From the NCBI GenBank assembly GCA_019694135.1, contig JAIBCM010000002.1, positions 22,143 to 86,142 on the forward strand: 64,000 nucleotides of DNA, given 5' to 3'. Shown here piece by piece: positions 28,345-39,128 of the stretch; positions within the stretch are counted from its first letter, which is position 1, and each line of letters begins with the position of its first letter. The DNA is from Verrucomicrobiia bacterium. GTDB lineage: Bacteria > Verrucomicrobiota > Verrucomicrobiia > JADLBR01 > JAIBCM01. A program made the position numbers and the translations under genes. The notes beneath the pieces were generated by a model. That model worked only from the letters and a program-made list of their open reading frames with translations. It searched no databases and had not been told where the DNA came from.

Positions 28345-29763
28345 ATGGAACGCGTGTTATTGTTACAAGCCTCAGAAGACACTCAGCAGTTGCTTGATTC
28401 TTTATTTCAAAAAGATGCGGTGCAATGGATTATTCAGGCACAGGCCAATTTAGCGACGCTGGAAAGACAGCGGCCAGATTTAGTTTTATTAGAGTTGGGC
28501 TCTGATTCTTTATCTGGATTGAAACAACTTCAGTTGTTGCGTAAAGCTCGTATTCAATTGCCTGTCATTATTATTTCATCCGATCGCAGCCCTGAGTTAA
28601 CCATGGAGGTGATGAAGTATGGCGCTTATGATATTTTGCATACGCCATTGGATCGGGATCAGGCTAATTTTTTAATCCGTGACGCGCTCAATACGGTGCG
28701 CAATATTAAATCATTAAAAACAGGTGCAGAAACTGGCACGTCTTTTTTTTCTGAGGATATGGTTGGAGCGACGCCGGAAATGCAGGCGATTTTTAAATTG
28801 ATCGGACAAATTGCTCCGAGCCATGCCACGGTGCTGATTACGGGTGAAAGTGGTGTAGGCAAAGAGTTAATTGCGCGTGCAATCTATCGTCACAGTTTGA
28901 GAAAAGGGCAGCCTTATATGGCTGTGAATTGTGCGGCGATTCCTGATACTTTGTTGGAGAGCGAGTTGTTTGGGCATGAAAAAGGGGCTTTTACGGGAGC
29001 TACACAAACGCGGCAGGGTAAGTTTGAATATTGTGATGAAGGCACTTTGTTTTTGGACGAAGTAGGTGATCTTTCTGCTAATACCCAAGCTAAACTTTTG
29101 CGGGTGCTGCAGAATGGGGAAATTACTCGCATTGGCAGCAATGTGCCGATTCATGTGAATGTTCGCATGATCGCTGCGACTAATCGTAATTTGGAGAAGG
29201 AAGTAGCAGAAAAACGGTTTCGCGAAGATCTTTTTTATCGGTTGAATGTGGTGCGTTTGGAGGTGCCGCCTTTGCGGGAAAGGAAAAAAGATATTGCTGC
29301 AATCAGTTTGGCGATTCTCAAGAAAATTGCCGCGCGCGAAAATATGATGCCGCCTTCGATTTCTGAAGAGGCGATGCAGTTATTGGAAAATTATTCGTGG
29401 CCGGGCAATATTCGGGAGTTGGAAAATAGTTTGCATCGGGCGGCGGTGTTATCTTCAGGGGAAACCATCTTTCCGCATCATTTGCCCAAGACAATTTTGG
29501 GAGCGGAATTGTTTTTGAAATCCGAACGAACGACTATGAGAAAAGCTCAAGATTCTGAGAAAGATCAACTTTTTCAAGAATTGATTGCGGAAGCTCAGCA
29601 GCAAGCGCCCTCCGATATTTTGGGTTGGATTGAGCGAGAGATGATTCGCCGCATTTTTCAAAAAACCGGTGAAAACCAGTTGCAAACGGCCAAGCAATTA
29701 GGTATTTCGCGCATTACTTTGCGAAAACGTTTGGTGGATTTAGGATTGATTCAAGGGGCTTAG
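28345..29763 (+). CDS. Sigma-54-dependent transcriptional activator (NtrC family) with atypical receiver domain
   Basis: The AAA+ module has GESGVGKE, ESELFGHEKGAFTGA and RELEN motifs, and there is a C-terminal Fis-type HTH. The receiver has Glu at the phospho-Asp position (LVLLELG). Confidence 0.85.
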   Translation: MERVLLLQASEDTQQLLDSLFQKDAVQWIIQAQANLATLERQRPDLVLLELGSDSLSGLKQLQLLRKARIQLPVIIISSDRSPELTMEVMKYGAYDILHTPLDRDQANFLIRDALNTVRNIKSLKTGAETGTSFFSEDMVGATPEMQAIFKLIGQIAPSHATVLITGESGVGKELIARAIYRHSLRKGQPYMAVNCAAIPDTLLESELFGHEKGAFTGATQTRQGKFEYCDEGTLFLDEVGDLSANTQAKLLRVLQNGEITRIGSNVPIHVNVRMIAATNRNLEKEVAEKRFREDLFYRLNVVRLEVPPLRERKKDIAAISLAILKKIAARENMMPPSISEEAMQLLENYSWPGNIRELENSLHRAAVLSSGETIFPHHLPKTILGAELFLKSERTTMRKAQDSEKDQLFQELIAEAQQQAPSDILGWIEREMIRRIFQKTGENQLQTAKQLGISRITLRKRLVDLGLIQGA

Positions 29764-29847
29764 TCTGATTAGCGCGGCTTATTAATGAAATGTGCTAAAA
29801 GGCGGATTCTATTTTTTAAGACGATTACAGAAATGATAATCAGGAAA

Positions 29848-29919
29848 AGCCGGAGAGGAGGATTGAACTCCCGACCCACGGTTTACGAAACCGTTGCTCT
29901 ACCACTGAGCTACTCCGGC
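29848..29919 (-). tRNA. tRNA-Thr (anticodon CGT)
   Basis: Acceptor GCCGGAG/CUCCGGC with U73. Anticodon loop UUCGUAA. T-arm GGGAGUUCAAUCCUCC. Confidence 0.85.
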
Positions 29920-30038
29920 AGGGAAAGGAAGAATATGGAACGGGGCGGGATGAGTTTCAAGTTTTTTGCCAGATAGTTTTTTAAGTGGTTTCATAAAACA
30001 GGATTGTCAAAAGCCGGGACTTCTGCATTCTTTGCGCG

Positions 30039-30329
30039 ATGGCTGATGCAGTAGAAGTTACCGCGATTGTGAAGGAGGTGTTGCCTGCGACGATGTTTCG
30101 AGTTCAACTCGAAAATGGGAACGTGTTGTTGGCGCATCTTTCCGGTCGCATGCGAAAAAATTTTATTAAGATTATGTCAGGAGATAAAGTGACAGTTGAA
30201 ATCAGTCCTTACGATTTGACCAAAGCGCGCATTACTTATCGTCATCCCACGGTAAGCAGCGCGGCGAGTGGCGCTGTTTCCACAGTCATGAAGCAGGGCA
30301 AGATTCAGAGAAGACAAGGCAAACGATAG
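30039..30329 (+). CDS. infA: Translation initiation factor IF-1 with ~24-aa basic C-terminal extension
   Basis: The core [48 protein letters not shown] is close to E. coli IF-1. Confidence 0.85.
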   Translation: MADAVEVTAIVKEVLPATMFRVQLENGNVLLAHLSGRMRKNFIKIMSGDKVTVEISPYDLTKARITYRHPTVSSAASGAVSTVMKQGKIQRRQGKR

Positions 30330-30336
30330 GACAGCC

Positions 30337-31353
30337 ATGGGAAGTTACTGGATTAAAGGCAACGATGGCAAAGAATATCGGGCGGAAGATGAGAGAATTG
30401 TCATCGAATGGATTCAGGAGAATCGTATTGCAGCCTTTACTCAAATCAAAAAAGAAGGGGAGAATGAGTTCCGAGCGGCGAAGTTGCATTCGGAGTTTGC
30501 TTCTTATTTTCCAACATCTAGTTCTTCCGAAGTTGTTACAGAAATTTCACCGCCTATCTTAAAGGAGGGCTCTCCTCAAGTGGCAGAAGGGGCGCATCTT
30601 CAAGTGGGCCTAGCCTTTCGTGAGGGATGGCAGCTTTTTCGTGAAAATATTTTGTTGAGTTATGGCGGGCTCATTTTTTGGATAGTCATTAATTTAACAA
30701 TTGGTTTTTTGCCAGCTTTAGCTCATTTTGTGTTGCGACCTGTTGTGGGCGATTCTCCCGTTTTGTTAGTGGGAATGCAGGGGATTAGTTATTTGTTGCA
30801 GTTAATTTTAGCTGGGCCGCTTTTGGTAGGTTTTTATAAATTTTGGCTTAATATGGTAGATAGGCGGGATCCGCACTTGCAGGATTTTTTGAATGGGTTT
30901 GAGATTTGGTTGCCAGCGATGTTAACGCAATGGCTCAAGGGATTGATTTTTATGGGGATTATTGCGCTTTCGGTTCCTTTTTTTGTCTCTTCATTTTTTT
31001 TCAAATTTCAGGATTGGATGTCAGGCAAAATTCCTCCCATTGAGGAGTGGGGATGGGTGTTAGTAGGTTTATTTGTTTTGGCGTTTGTCATTGTGGTGGT
31101 GATGACGTTATTTTGGTTTGTTGAGTTTTTATTGGCGGATCGTATTAGTTTAAAAGTGTTTCGATGTTTTAAGTTGAGCGCGCAGTTGGCTTTGAGAAAT
31201 ATTCCTGGCTTGGCTTTGCTTTTTACGTTAGTTACACTTTTTTTCATTGTAGCTTGTTTTACTATCGTTGGTGTTTTAATCATTTTACCTTGGCTTATCT
31301 TGTCAGTGGTTCATGGCTATCGACAGTTGGTGCCACGAAATAAGGAGTCTTAA
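30337..31353 (+). CDS. Membrane protein with N-terminal GYF-like (DUF4339-type) domain and polytopic C-terminal domain
   Basis: The N-terminal motif YWIKGNDGKEY...IVIEWIQENRIAAFTQI is followed by 5-6 TM helices. Confidence 0.55.
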   Translation: MGSYWIKGNDGKEYRAEDERIVIEWIQENRIAAFTQIKKEGENEFRAAKLHSEFASYFPTSSSSEVVTEISPPILKEGSPQVAEGAHLQVGLAFREGWQLFRENILLSYGGLIFWIVINLTIGFLPALAHFVLRPVVGDSPVLLVGMQGISYLLQLILAGPLLVGFYKFWLNMVDRRDPHLQDFLNGFEIWLPAMLTQWLKGLIFMGIIALSVPFFVSSFFFKFQDWMSGKIPPIEEWGWVLVGLFVLAFVIVVVMTLFWFVEFLLADRISLKVFRCFKLSAQLALRNIPGLALLFTLVTLFFIVACFTIVGVLIILPWLILSVVHGYRQLVPRNKES

Positions 31354-31426
31354 ACGGCGGGTCCTTCGCCGGGAATAAGAGATGAGAATTAGTAAGGGCC
31401 ACTAATTCGAAAAAGGGAAAAAAACT

Positions 31427-33379
31427 ATGGCAGCGGGTAATATTGAATCAAAGCTGGTGGAAAAGCGTGTATTTAAACCCTCAAAGGCGTTTGCGGAACA
31501 GGCGCGGGTTCGTAGTTTTAAGGAGTATCAAAAGATTTATCGTCAGTCGATTCAAGCGCCTGACAAATTTTGGGCAAAAGCTGCTACGGAAAATTTAACT
31601 TGGTTTAAAAAGTGGAATAAAGTTTGCCAATGGAAAGAGCCTTTTGCGAAATGGTTTGTGGGTGGCAAGTTGAATGTAAGTTATAACTGTTTGGATCGAC
31701 ATTTGGAAGGTGGACGTCGTAATAAAGCGGCGATTATTTTTGAGGGGGAACCGGGCGATTCTCAGACTTTGACTTATCAACAATTGCATCGCGAGGTGTG
31801 TCGTTTTGCGAATGTATTGAAGAAACATGGTATTAAAACGGGCGATCGAGTAGTTATTTATTTACCGCAAGTACCTGAGGCGGCGATTGCGATGTTGGCT
31901 TGCACGCGAATTGGCGCGGTCCACAGCGTGGTGTTTGGTGGATTTAGTGCTACGGCTTTGCGCGATCGTATTAATGATAGTAAGGCAAAACTGGTTATTA
32001 CTTCGGATGGAGGATTTCGTCGGGGGTCGGCACATGCTTTAAAGCCGGCGGTGGATGAGGCATTAAAGCAGACGCAGTCGGTGAAAAGTGTGATTGTTTT
32101 GCGTCGCACCAAGATGGAAGCGCACATGGCGGTGGGACGCGACCATTGGTGGCATGAAGAAGTGGAAAAGGTTTCGGATGTTTGTGAGCCGGTAAAATTG
32201 GACAGTGAGCATCCGCTTTTTATTCTTTATACCAGTGGCAGTACGGGTAAGCCCAAGGGCATTTTGCATACGACAGGTGGGTATTTGTTGGGCGCTCATT
32301 TAACAACGAAGTATGTTTTTGATATTCGAGAGGATGATATTTTTTGGTGCACAGCGGATGTGGGCTGGATTACGGGCCACACTTATACGGTGTATGGAGC
32401 GTTATCGAATGGTGCGACGACTTTGATGTATGAAGGTGTGCCGAATTATCCGCAACCAGATCGGTTTTGGTCGATTATTAATAAGTATAAGGTGAATATT
32501 TTTTATACCGCGCCTACAGCGATTCGTTCCTTTATCAAAGCAGGTGATGAATGGCCAAAGAAACATGATTTATCGAGTTTGAGGTTGTTGGGTTCAGTAG
32601 GTGAGCCGATTAATCCTGAAGCTTGGATGTGGTATTATAATAAAATTGGATATAAACGTTGTCCGATTGTGGACACGTGGTGGCAGACGGAGACGGGAGC
32701 GCATATGATTACGCCGTTGCCAGGAGCTACGCCTTTGAAACCGGGCACAGCGACTTTACCATTTTTTGGGATTGATGCTGCAGTGGTGGATGATCGGGGT
32801 AAGGAGGTTCCTTTTAATTCGGGTGGTAAATTGGTGATTCGCAAACCGTGGCCTTGGATGTTGCGCACGATTTATGGCGATGAAGCGCGTTATCGTCAGA
32901 CGTATTGGAGCGAGGTGAAAGGGTGTTATTTCACGGGAGATGGTGCGCGTCGCGATAAGGATGGTTATTTCTGGATCGTGGGTCGTATTGATGACGTGCT
33001 CAATGTTTCTGGCCATCGTTTAGGGACGGCAGAAATTGAAAGCGCTTTGGTAAGTCATCCGAAGATTGCGGAAGCGGCGGTTGTTGGACGCAATGACGCG
33101 TTGAAGGGCCAGGCGGTTGTAGTTTTTGTTACAGTGAAAAGTGGCGTGTCGACGGGTAATGGGTTGAAGGAAGAATTGCGTGCCCATGTTGCTAAGGAGA
33201 TTGGACCGATTGCAAAACCGGACGATTTGCATTTTACGGAAGCACTTCCTAAGACGCGAAGTGGTAAAATTATGCGACGATTGCTCAAGGAAGTGGCAGC
33301 GGGCAATGAAATTAAGGGTGACACGACGACGTTGGAAGATTTTGGCGTGATTTCCAAATTGCGTGCGATTGAAGATTAA
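31427..33379 (+). CDS. acs: Acetyl-CoA synthetase (AMP-forming)
   Basis: 650 aa with the AMP-binding motif [11 protein letters not shown] and a conserved Acs N-terminus. Confidence 0.9.
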   Translation: MAAGNIESKLVEKRVFKPSKAFAEQARVRSFKEYQKIYRQSIQAPDKFWAKAATENLTWFKKWNKVCQWKEPFAKWFVGGKLNVSYNCLDRHLEGGRRNKAAIIFEGEPGDSQTLTYQQLHREVCRFANVLKKHGIKTGDRVVIYLPQVPEAAIAMLACTRIGAVHSVVFGGFSATALRDRINDSKAKLVITSDGGFRRGSAHALKPAVDEALKQTQSVKSVIVLRRTKMEAHMAVGRDHWWHEEVEKVSDVCEPVKLDSEHPLFILYTSGSTGKPKGILHTTGGYLLGAHLTTKYVFDIREDDIFWCTADVGWITGHTYTVYGALSNGATTLMYEGVPNYPQPDRFWSIINKYKVNIFYTAPTAIRSFIKAGDEWPKKHDLSSLRLLGSVGEPINPEAWMWYYNKIGYKRCPIVDTWWQTETGAHMITPLPGATPLKPGTATLPFFGIDAAVVDDRGKEVPFNSGGKLVIRKPWPWMLRTIYGDEARYRQTYWSEVKGCYFTGDGARRDKDGYFWIVGRIDDVLNVSGHRLGTAEIESALVSHPKIAEAAVVGRNDALKGQAVVVFVTVKSGVSTGNGLKEELRAHVAKEIGPIAKPDDLHFTEALPKTRSGKIMRRLLKEVAAGNEIKGDTTTLEDFGVISKLRAIED

Positions 33380-33396
33380 TAAAATTGGGCTAGTTT

Positions 33397-35370
33397 ATGC
33401 CAGCATCACTCACATCGGTTTCAGGGAAAAGTTCTAGTAGAATTGAGACGGTGAATTTTGATTTGGAATCGCGAGTCAATGCGGCGATTCATGCGTCTCA
33501 AAATCATCTGCTTTCTTTACAACATCCTGATGGTTATTGGGTGGGAGAGTTAACCGTCGACACCACTTTGATTTCGGATCTGGTGCTTTTTATGCATTGG
33601 CGGGGTAAGGTGGATTTTGCGAAGCAAGCGAAATGCGTGAAGCATTTGTTAGATCGTCAGTTGCCAGATGGTGGTTGGAATATTTATGTGAATGGCCCCA
33701 GTGAGGTTAATGCCAGTGTTAAAGCTTACTTTGCTTTAAAATTAGCCGGTTTATCGCCTCAAGAGCCTGCGATGAAAAAAGCGCATGCCAATATTTTGCG
33801 TTTGGGAGGAATTCCTAAAATGAACACTTACGCGAAATTAAATTTAGCGTTGGTGGGACAATTTTCTTGGAAATATCTTCCGATTATTCCTGTTGAGATT
33901 ATTTTGCTTCCCAAATGGTTATATTTTAATATTTACGAAATGTCTTCTTGGAGTCGGGCTATGCTTTGTCCGCTCGCTATTATTAACCATTTTCGACCCA
34001 CACGTCCACTTCCGCCGGAAAAACAGTTGCATGAACTCTTTCCTTACGGAACGGAGCATAACGATTTTTCGTTAAAGTATGATTCAAAGTTTTTTACTTG
34101 GCGCAATTTTTTCCTGCGTTGGAACGATTTTTTAAATTTTGTGGATGGTTTGCCTTATAAACCTTTTCGTTCTGTAGCATTGAAGAAAGCTGAACAATGG
34201 TTGTTGGCGCGAATTAGTGAAGGCAGCGATGGGTTGGGGGCGATTTATCCTGGTATTTTTAATGCCATTGTTGCTTTGGAATGTCTCGGTTACTCCGATG
34301 AACACCCCATCATGCAAAAGCAGTTAAAACATTTTGAAGAATTGGAAGTTGACGATATTGTAAATAACGATTTTCGTGTGCAGCCCTGCTTATCTCCTGT
34401 ATGGGACACCGCTATTACTTCAGTGGCATTGGCTGAATCGGAAGTGCCCGCTGATCATCCTGCACTGCAAAAAGCGGCCGATTGGTTGTTGAGCAAAGAA
34501 GTGCATTTTCGAGGTGATTGGCAATACAAAAATCCTTACCCTGTTGCTTCGGGATGGGCATTTGAGTTTAATAATGAATATTATCCCGATGTGGATGATA
34601 CTTTGAAAGTGCTTTTGGCGCTTCGCTTAGTACAAACTTCGAACGAATCTAGTAAACAAGAAGTCATAGAGCGGGCTTTAGGTTGGGTATTAAGTTTTCA
34701 ATGTAAAGATGGGGGTTGGGCAGCTTTTGACAAGGATGTGACGAAACATTGGCTGGAAGATGTGCCTTTTGCGGATCATAATGCTATTTTGGATCCTACT
34801 TGTAGCGATATCACAGCGCGCTGTTTGGAGTTGCTCGGCAAGTTGGGTTATCGCAATAACACGCGTTTTATTAAACGCGCTCTTGCCATGCTTCAAAAGA
34901 CTCAGGAATCGGACGGTTCCTGGTTTGGTCGCTGGGGCGTGAATTATATTTATGGAACGTGGCAAGTGTTGCGAGGGGTAAGTGCTTTAAACGAAAATAT
35001 GAATGAAGATTGGATTGTGCGTGGCCGCGACTGGTTAGAATCGTGTCAAAATTACGATGGAGGTTGGGGCGAAACGTGCGCGTCTTATGATGATTCCGCT
35101 TTAAAAGGAAAAGGTCCCAGCACAGCTTCTCAAACAGCTTGGGCGCTAATGGGTATCATTGCTTGCGGCGATCCTCATCGAATTAGCATTCAAAAAGGGG
35201 TGGATTATTTATTGCGCACACAAAATTCCAATGGGAGCTGGACAGAAGAAGAGACCACGGGAACGGGTTTTCCTAAGGTGTTTTATTTGCGTTATGATAT
35301 GTATCGCAATAACTGGCCTTTACTTGCTTTAGCGGAGTATAAGAAGTTGCGTGCCCAATTTCCTGCATAA
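33397..35370 (+). CDS. shc: Squalene-hopene cyclase
   Basis: The DVDDT active-site motif (YYPDVDDTLKVL) and multiple QW repeats (G/W-rich) are present. Length is 657 aa. Confidence 0.9.
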   Translation: MPASLTSVSGKSSSRIETVNFDLESRVNAAIHASQNHLLSLQHPDGYWVGELTVDTTLISDLVLFMHWRGKVDFAKQAKCVKHLLDRQLPDGGWNIYVNGPSEVNASVKAYFALKLAGLSPQEPAMKKAHANILRLGGIPKMNTYAKLNLALVGQFSWKYLPIIPVEIILLPKWLYFNIYEMSSWSRAMLCPLAIINHFRPTRPLPPEKQLHELFPYGTEHNDFSLKYDSKFFTWRNFFLRWNDFLNFVDGLPYKPFRSVALKKAEQWLLARISEGSDGLGAIYPGIFNAIVALECLGYSDEHPIMQKQLKHFEELEVDDIVNNDFRVQPCLSPVWDTAITSVALAESEVPADHPALQKAADWLLSKEVHFRGDWQYKNPYPVASGWAFEFNNEYYPDVDDTLKVLLALRLVQTSNESSKQEVIERALGWVLSFQCKDGGWAAFDKDVTKHWLEDVPFADHNAILDPTCSDITARCLELLGKLGYRNNTRFIKRALAMLQKTQESDGSWFGRWGVNYIYGTWQVLRGVSALNENMNEDWIVRGRDWLESCQNYDGGWGETCASYDDSALKGKGPSTASQTAWALMGIIACGDPHRISIQKGVDYLLRTQNSNGSWTEEETTGTGFPKVFYLRYDMYRNNWPLLALAEYKKLRAQFPA

Positions 35371-36063
35371 ATGGCGACACCTGTCTCTTTAGCTGTTTTT
35401 TTTGCTGTGCCTCATGAAGCTGCGTTATTGAAAAAAAAACTGAAATTTCGATGGCAAAAAAAAGGCGTTGGCTTGTTTTTTGCTGAAACTCGGGTGAGGG
35501 ATAAAACCATTCTTTTCGCTTGTTTAGGAATGGGCAAAGAAGCAGTGAAGAAAAATTTAACATTTCTTTTAGATTATTTTACTTTTTCTCAAGCGATTTT
35601 AGCGGGTTACGCTGGAGCGCTCGATCCCAAACTCGAAAAAGGAGATATTGTCATTTCTGATAAGCGATACTTGGATTTATTGCCTGATTTAAAATTAGGA
35701 AAAATTATTTCTGTTGATACAGTAGCAGCTACTGCCGAAGAAAAATATGCGCTATTTCAAAAAACTGGCGCTTCTGTTTGCGATATGGAGTATGAAGCAG
35801 CTTTGGTGATTTGTCAGAAACACAACCTTACTTTGTATTCGATTCGAGCTGTGAGCGACACGGCTCACGAGAATTTACCTTCAGGCGCGCTAGCAAGCGC
35901 TTTTGATTTAAAAAGGCAACGATCAACTCCTTTAAAGATTTTTTGCTATGGGATAAGACATCCTCGGAATATGATTTCTTTTTTTAAATTTGTTCATGGA
36001 CTGGCAAAATCTCAAAGAGCTTTAACACAAATCTTGATTCAAATATTAAAAAATCAATCTTAG
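35371..36063 (+). CDS. hpnG: Hopanoid-associated nucleoside phosphorylase (PNP/MTAN family, HpnG-like)
   Basis: The protein has the PNP_UDP_1 fold with GMGKEA and CDMEYEAA...IRAVSD motifs. The gene sits immediately 3' of shc. Confidence 0.6.
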   Translation: MATPVSLAVFFAVPHEAALLKKKLKFRWQKKGVGLFFAETRVRDKTILFACLGMGKEAVKKNLTFLLDYFTFSQAILAGYAGALDPKLEKGDIVISDKRYLDLLPDLKLGKIISVDTVAATAEEKYALFQKTGASVCDMEYEAALVICQKHNLTLYSIRAVSDTAHENLPSGALASAFDLKRQRSTPLKIFCYGIRHPRNMISFFKFVHGLAKSQRALTQILIQILKNQS

Positions 36064-38258
36064 TTTTGGATAATCATTGAAGCCACTCTTTTTCCGCTCC
36101 AAATGGCGCCCTCAATAGTTGCTGGCAAACCCGTGTTAGTCCAATCACCTGCTAAGTAAAAATTTTTCCACTGTGTTTGGCAATCAGGGCGATAGGGTAA
36201 TGTTTCAGGTCGCGTTTGAAACGTGGCATCGCGAGCGCGATAGATAAAATGGTGTAAGAGTTTAGCTGTCTTACTTTTTGGCAAAAAGCGATAACATTCT
36301 TGTAGTGCTAGTTGTAATAATTCTTCTTGAGAGGTTTTTTCAAACTCGTAAGCGGCGCTAATCACTAAGGCAACACTGGGATAAGCTGTTTTTTCCAGGT
36401 CAGAAATTTTGGTTTTGTTAAAGAGCCAGTGGATGGGTGAATCGAGAAATCCGAGAAAAGGCTCTTCGCAAATTTCTTGATCGAACCAGAGATGGATTCC
36501 GATAATAGGGGAGCCGTGCAAGTGGGAAATTTGTTGTGCAAGCGAACTGTTTTCGGGTAGTAGTTTTCGGATTGCGTGCCAAGGCATGGCAGAAATAATG
36601 GTATCAGCTTCTAAAATAGTGCCATTTTGGAGTTCTACTTTTGCTGCTAAAGCATTTTCAAAATGAATTTTTTGAATGGCTTGACCGCAAAGAATTTTAC
36701 CGCCTGCTGCTTGAATGATATTAGCAGCAGGCTGAACGAGTAATTGGCTAAGCCCTACTCGACTAAAAAGAATAGTGGAATCTTCTCTGGAACCAAGAAA
36801 GGCACGACGGATAACTTCGCCAAACAGAGAGGCTGATGCGGTAGAGATGGTTTCGTTGAGCGCAGCAATACAAAAGGGTTCCCAAAGACTGCGAATGGTA
36901 TTGGGTGTCTGTCCACACGCTTGCAACCATTCTTCAGCGGTGGAGGAGCGCCATTTTTCTCCTTTCGAATCGAGTTTGGCAGAAATGCCAACTTCCATAG
37001 CGCGAAATTTTTCAGAAAGAGAAAGTTCCTGAAAACCGAAAATAGCGCTTGCGAGATGAAAAGGGGCGGGCAAAGCAGCAGCTTGTAATCGAGTGATATG
37101 TTTGGCTTCGCTGACATAAGGCACATTGAGTTTGGTTTCAGGTCGTAGAAGATGTTGCGAGCCGATACGATTAAGAAGTTCTAAAGTCGCGTGATAGCAA
37201 CCCATTAATATGTGTTGTCCGTTATCAATGTTGTCACCCGTTTTGGGATCGCGAAAAGAATGGGAGCGTCCTCCTAATGTTTGACGAGCTTCGACAAGGG
37301 TGATTTCGTGGCCGCTACGGGTAAGATGCACGGCCGTACTTAAACCTGCGACACCACCGCCAAGAATTAAGATTTTTTTTGTTGGAACGAGGGTATATTT
37401 TTTATTTTTTACCTTTTTTCTTTCCTGACGAATGGCGCGTTGCATGAGCCAGGCTTTTTTCATTTTTGAAAAAGCAATAGGTTTGTGCCAAATATCGTAA
37501 TCTTGATTGCGCGCTTTTTGAAGCATTTCAAAATAAATGCTGCACATGATTTGGGCGGCCAGCATTTTGGGTTTGTCTTCAGGTGGAAGGGCTCGTTCGG
37601 CGGCAGCGTAGAGATGGTAGGCGCGTTCGCCCATCAAACGGAAAAGATTTAGAGCGCGCTCATTAATGTGAGTTTTTTTTAATTCTTCGCGAGAATAGTT
37701 TGCGCGTTGAAAATCTTCTTCTGGTAGATAAATGCGCTGATTGGTCAGATCGGTTTTTACATCGCGAAGAATGTTTGTGGTTTGAAATGCGAGACCTAAA
37801 AGTTCTGCGTAATGTTTTGTTTGAGGATTGGTGTAGCCGAAAATTTCGATGCTAACCAATCCCACGCAGGAAGCGACGCGATAACAGTATTGGCGAAGTT
37901 GTTCCCAGCTTTCATAAACTACTGGTTCGAGATCCATTGCGACGCCGTTTATAATTTCTTGCAGATAAATTTCGGGAATAGAATAGTGTTGAATGACTTG
38001 GGCGAGTTCGCGCGCTAGAGGTAAAGTTAAACTGTTTTGATTTTGATAACAGAGCTCAATTTCTTTTCGCCATTGATCCAATTGTTTTTGTTTTTCGGTA
38101 AGAGATAGAGTGGTGGAATCCGCGATATCGTCTACTACGCGGCAAAAAGCGTAAAAGATCGACATGGCATTTCTTTTTTCAGCGCTAAGAAAAGAAAAAG
38201 AAAGCGCCAGATTGGAACCGCTTTTTTTTGTTATGCTAGTTGCGCTGGAAGTGCTCAC
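36060..38258 (-). CDS. Fusion protein: presqualene-diphosphate synthase (HpnD-like SQS/PSY domain) + FAD-dependent hydroxysqualene dehydroxylase (HpnE, amine-oxidase fold)
   Basis: The N-terminal ~290 aa carry the Asp-rich motifs FCRVVDDIAD and LRDVKTD. The C-terminal ~440 aa begin with the FAD Rossmann motif ILILGGGVAGLSTA. Confidence 0.8.
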   Translation of the reverse strand: MSTSSATSITKKSGSNLALSFSFLSAEKRNAMSIFYAFCRVVDDIADSTTLSLTEKQKQLDQWRKEIELCYQNQNSLTLPLARELAQVIQHYSIPEIYLQEIINGVAMDLEPVVYESWEQLRQYCYRVASCVGLVSIEIFGYTNPQTKHYAELLGLAFQTTNILRDVKTDLTNQRIYLPEEDFQRANYSREELKKTHINERALNLFRLMGERAYHLYAAAERALPPEDKPKMLAAQIMCSIYFEMLQKARNQDYDIWHKPIAFSKMKKAWLMQRAIRQERKKVKNKKYTLVPTKKILILGGGVAGLSTAVHLTRSGHEITLVEARQTLGGRSHSFRDPKTGDNIDNGQHILMGCYHATLELLNRIGSQHLLRPETKLNVPYVSEAKHITRLQAAALPAPFHLASAIFGFQELSLSEKFRAMEVGISAKLDSKGEKWRSSTAEEWLQACGQTPNTIRSLWEPFCIAALNETISTASASLFGEVIRRAFLGSREDSTILFSRVGLSQLLVQPAANIIQAAGGKILCGQAIQKIHFENALAAKVELQNGTILEADTIISAMPWHAIRKLLPENSSLAQQISHLHGSPIIGIHLWFDQEICEEPFLGFLDSPIHWLFNKTKISDLEKTAYPSVALVISAAYEFEKTSQEELLQLALQECYRFLPKSKTAKLLHHFIYRARDATFQTRPETLPYRPDCQTQWKNFYLAGDWTNTGLPATIEGAIWSGKRVASMIIQN

Positions 38259-38272
38259 GGAGATTTAAAAAT

Positions 38273-39124
38273 TTAAAGTTTAAAGCAGGCTTTGGGTAAG
38301 AGTCGCAGAATGTCCCATTTTGAAAGTGTGGGACGTTGATGGAGTGTGTAATAATTAATTTTTTCTATTTTTCGTAAAATCTCGGTTCCGCCTAGCCAGG
38401 TGAGTCGAATTTCGAATCTTAGCCCGCGAGTGAGATATTCCGGTAAACGTTTGCCTTCGTTAAAAATTTGCCAGGTGCGATCGACTTGGAATTTCAACAA
38501 GTTCCGAAATTGAGGAGTGTCGGCATTATTTTTTAACTGCGTTTCATCGATTTGAAAAGTGTCCATATCATTTTTCGGAAGGTAAATGCGATCTTTCAAA
38601 AGATCAACGCTCACGTCTTGCCAGAAATTGGCAAGTTGCAAGCCAGTGCAAATTTTATCGCTCAGTTGATGAAGTGTTTCGTCGCGATAATTAAAAACAT
38701 GAAGAACCAAACGTCCGACTGGATTGGCGCTACGACGACAGTAGTCTAAAACCTCATCAAAGTTAGTATAACGAGTTTTGACTATGTCTTGTTTGAAAGC
38801 AGAAATAAGATCGCGAAATAGTTGAATGGGAAGCTGACATTTTTCAATGGCTTCGCGCAATGCGATAAAAATCGATTCTTGATTTTTGCCTTCTAGAGCT
38901 AGATCTAAATGATTTTCCCAACGTTCTAGAAGTTCAATTCTTTCGGGAACAGTAAGGGTTTGAACGGTTTCATCGGCAAAGTCATCCGCGGTGCGAGCAA
39001 AAGCGTAGACCGCGTGAATATATTTACGTTGAGGTTGAGGCAAAAGCCGCGAGCCTACAGGAAAATTTTCGTAATGGTCTTGCGCCTGGCGAGAGCATTG
39101 GAGGTAGGCTTCTTCGAGAGTCAT
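38273..39124 (-). CDS. hpnC: Squalene synthase family protein HpnC (hydroxysqualene synthase-like)
   Basis: HYENFPVGSRLLP and ARTADDFADE motifs. Length is 283 aa. Confidence 0.75.
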   Translation of the reverse strand: MTLEEAYLQCSRQAQDHYENFPVGSRLLPQPQRKYIHAVYAFARTADDFADETVQTLTVPERIELLERWENHLDLALEGKNQESIFIALREAIEKCQLPIQLFRDLISAFKQDIVKTRYTNFDEVLDYCRRSANPVGRLVLHVFNYRDETLHQLSDKICTGLQLANFWQDVSVDLLKDRIYLPKNDMDTFQIDETQLKNNADTPQFRNLLKFQVDRTWQIFNEGKRLPEYLTRGLRFEIRLTWLGGTEILRKIEKINYYTLHQRPTLSKWDILRLLPKACFKL

Positions 39125-39128
39125 GGAT

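Noticed and set aside
28300-28345. Possible sigma-54 (-24/-12) promoter ggccac...ttgca upstream of the NtrC-like gene
   Set aside because: The spacing between GG and GC is 15 nt rather than the required 10, so it is not a match. I also checked similar near-matches at 43430 and 58455 and rejected them.
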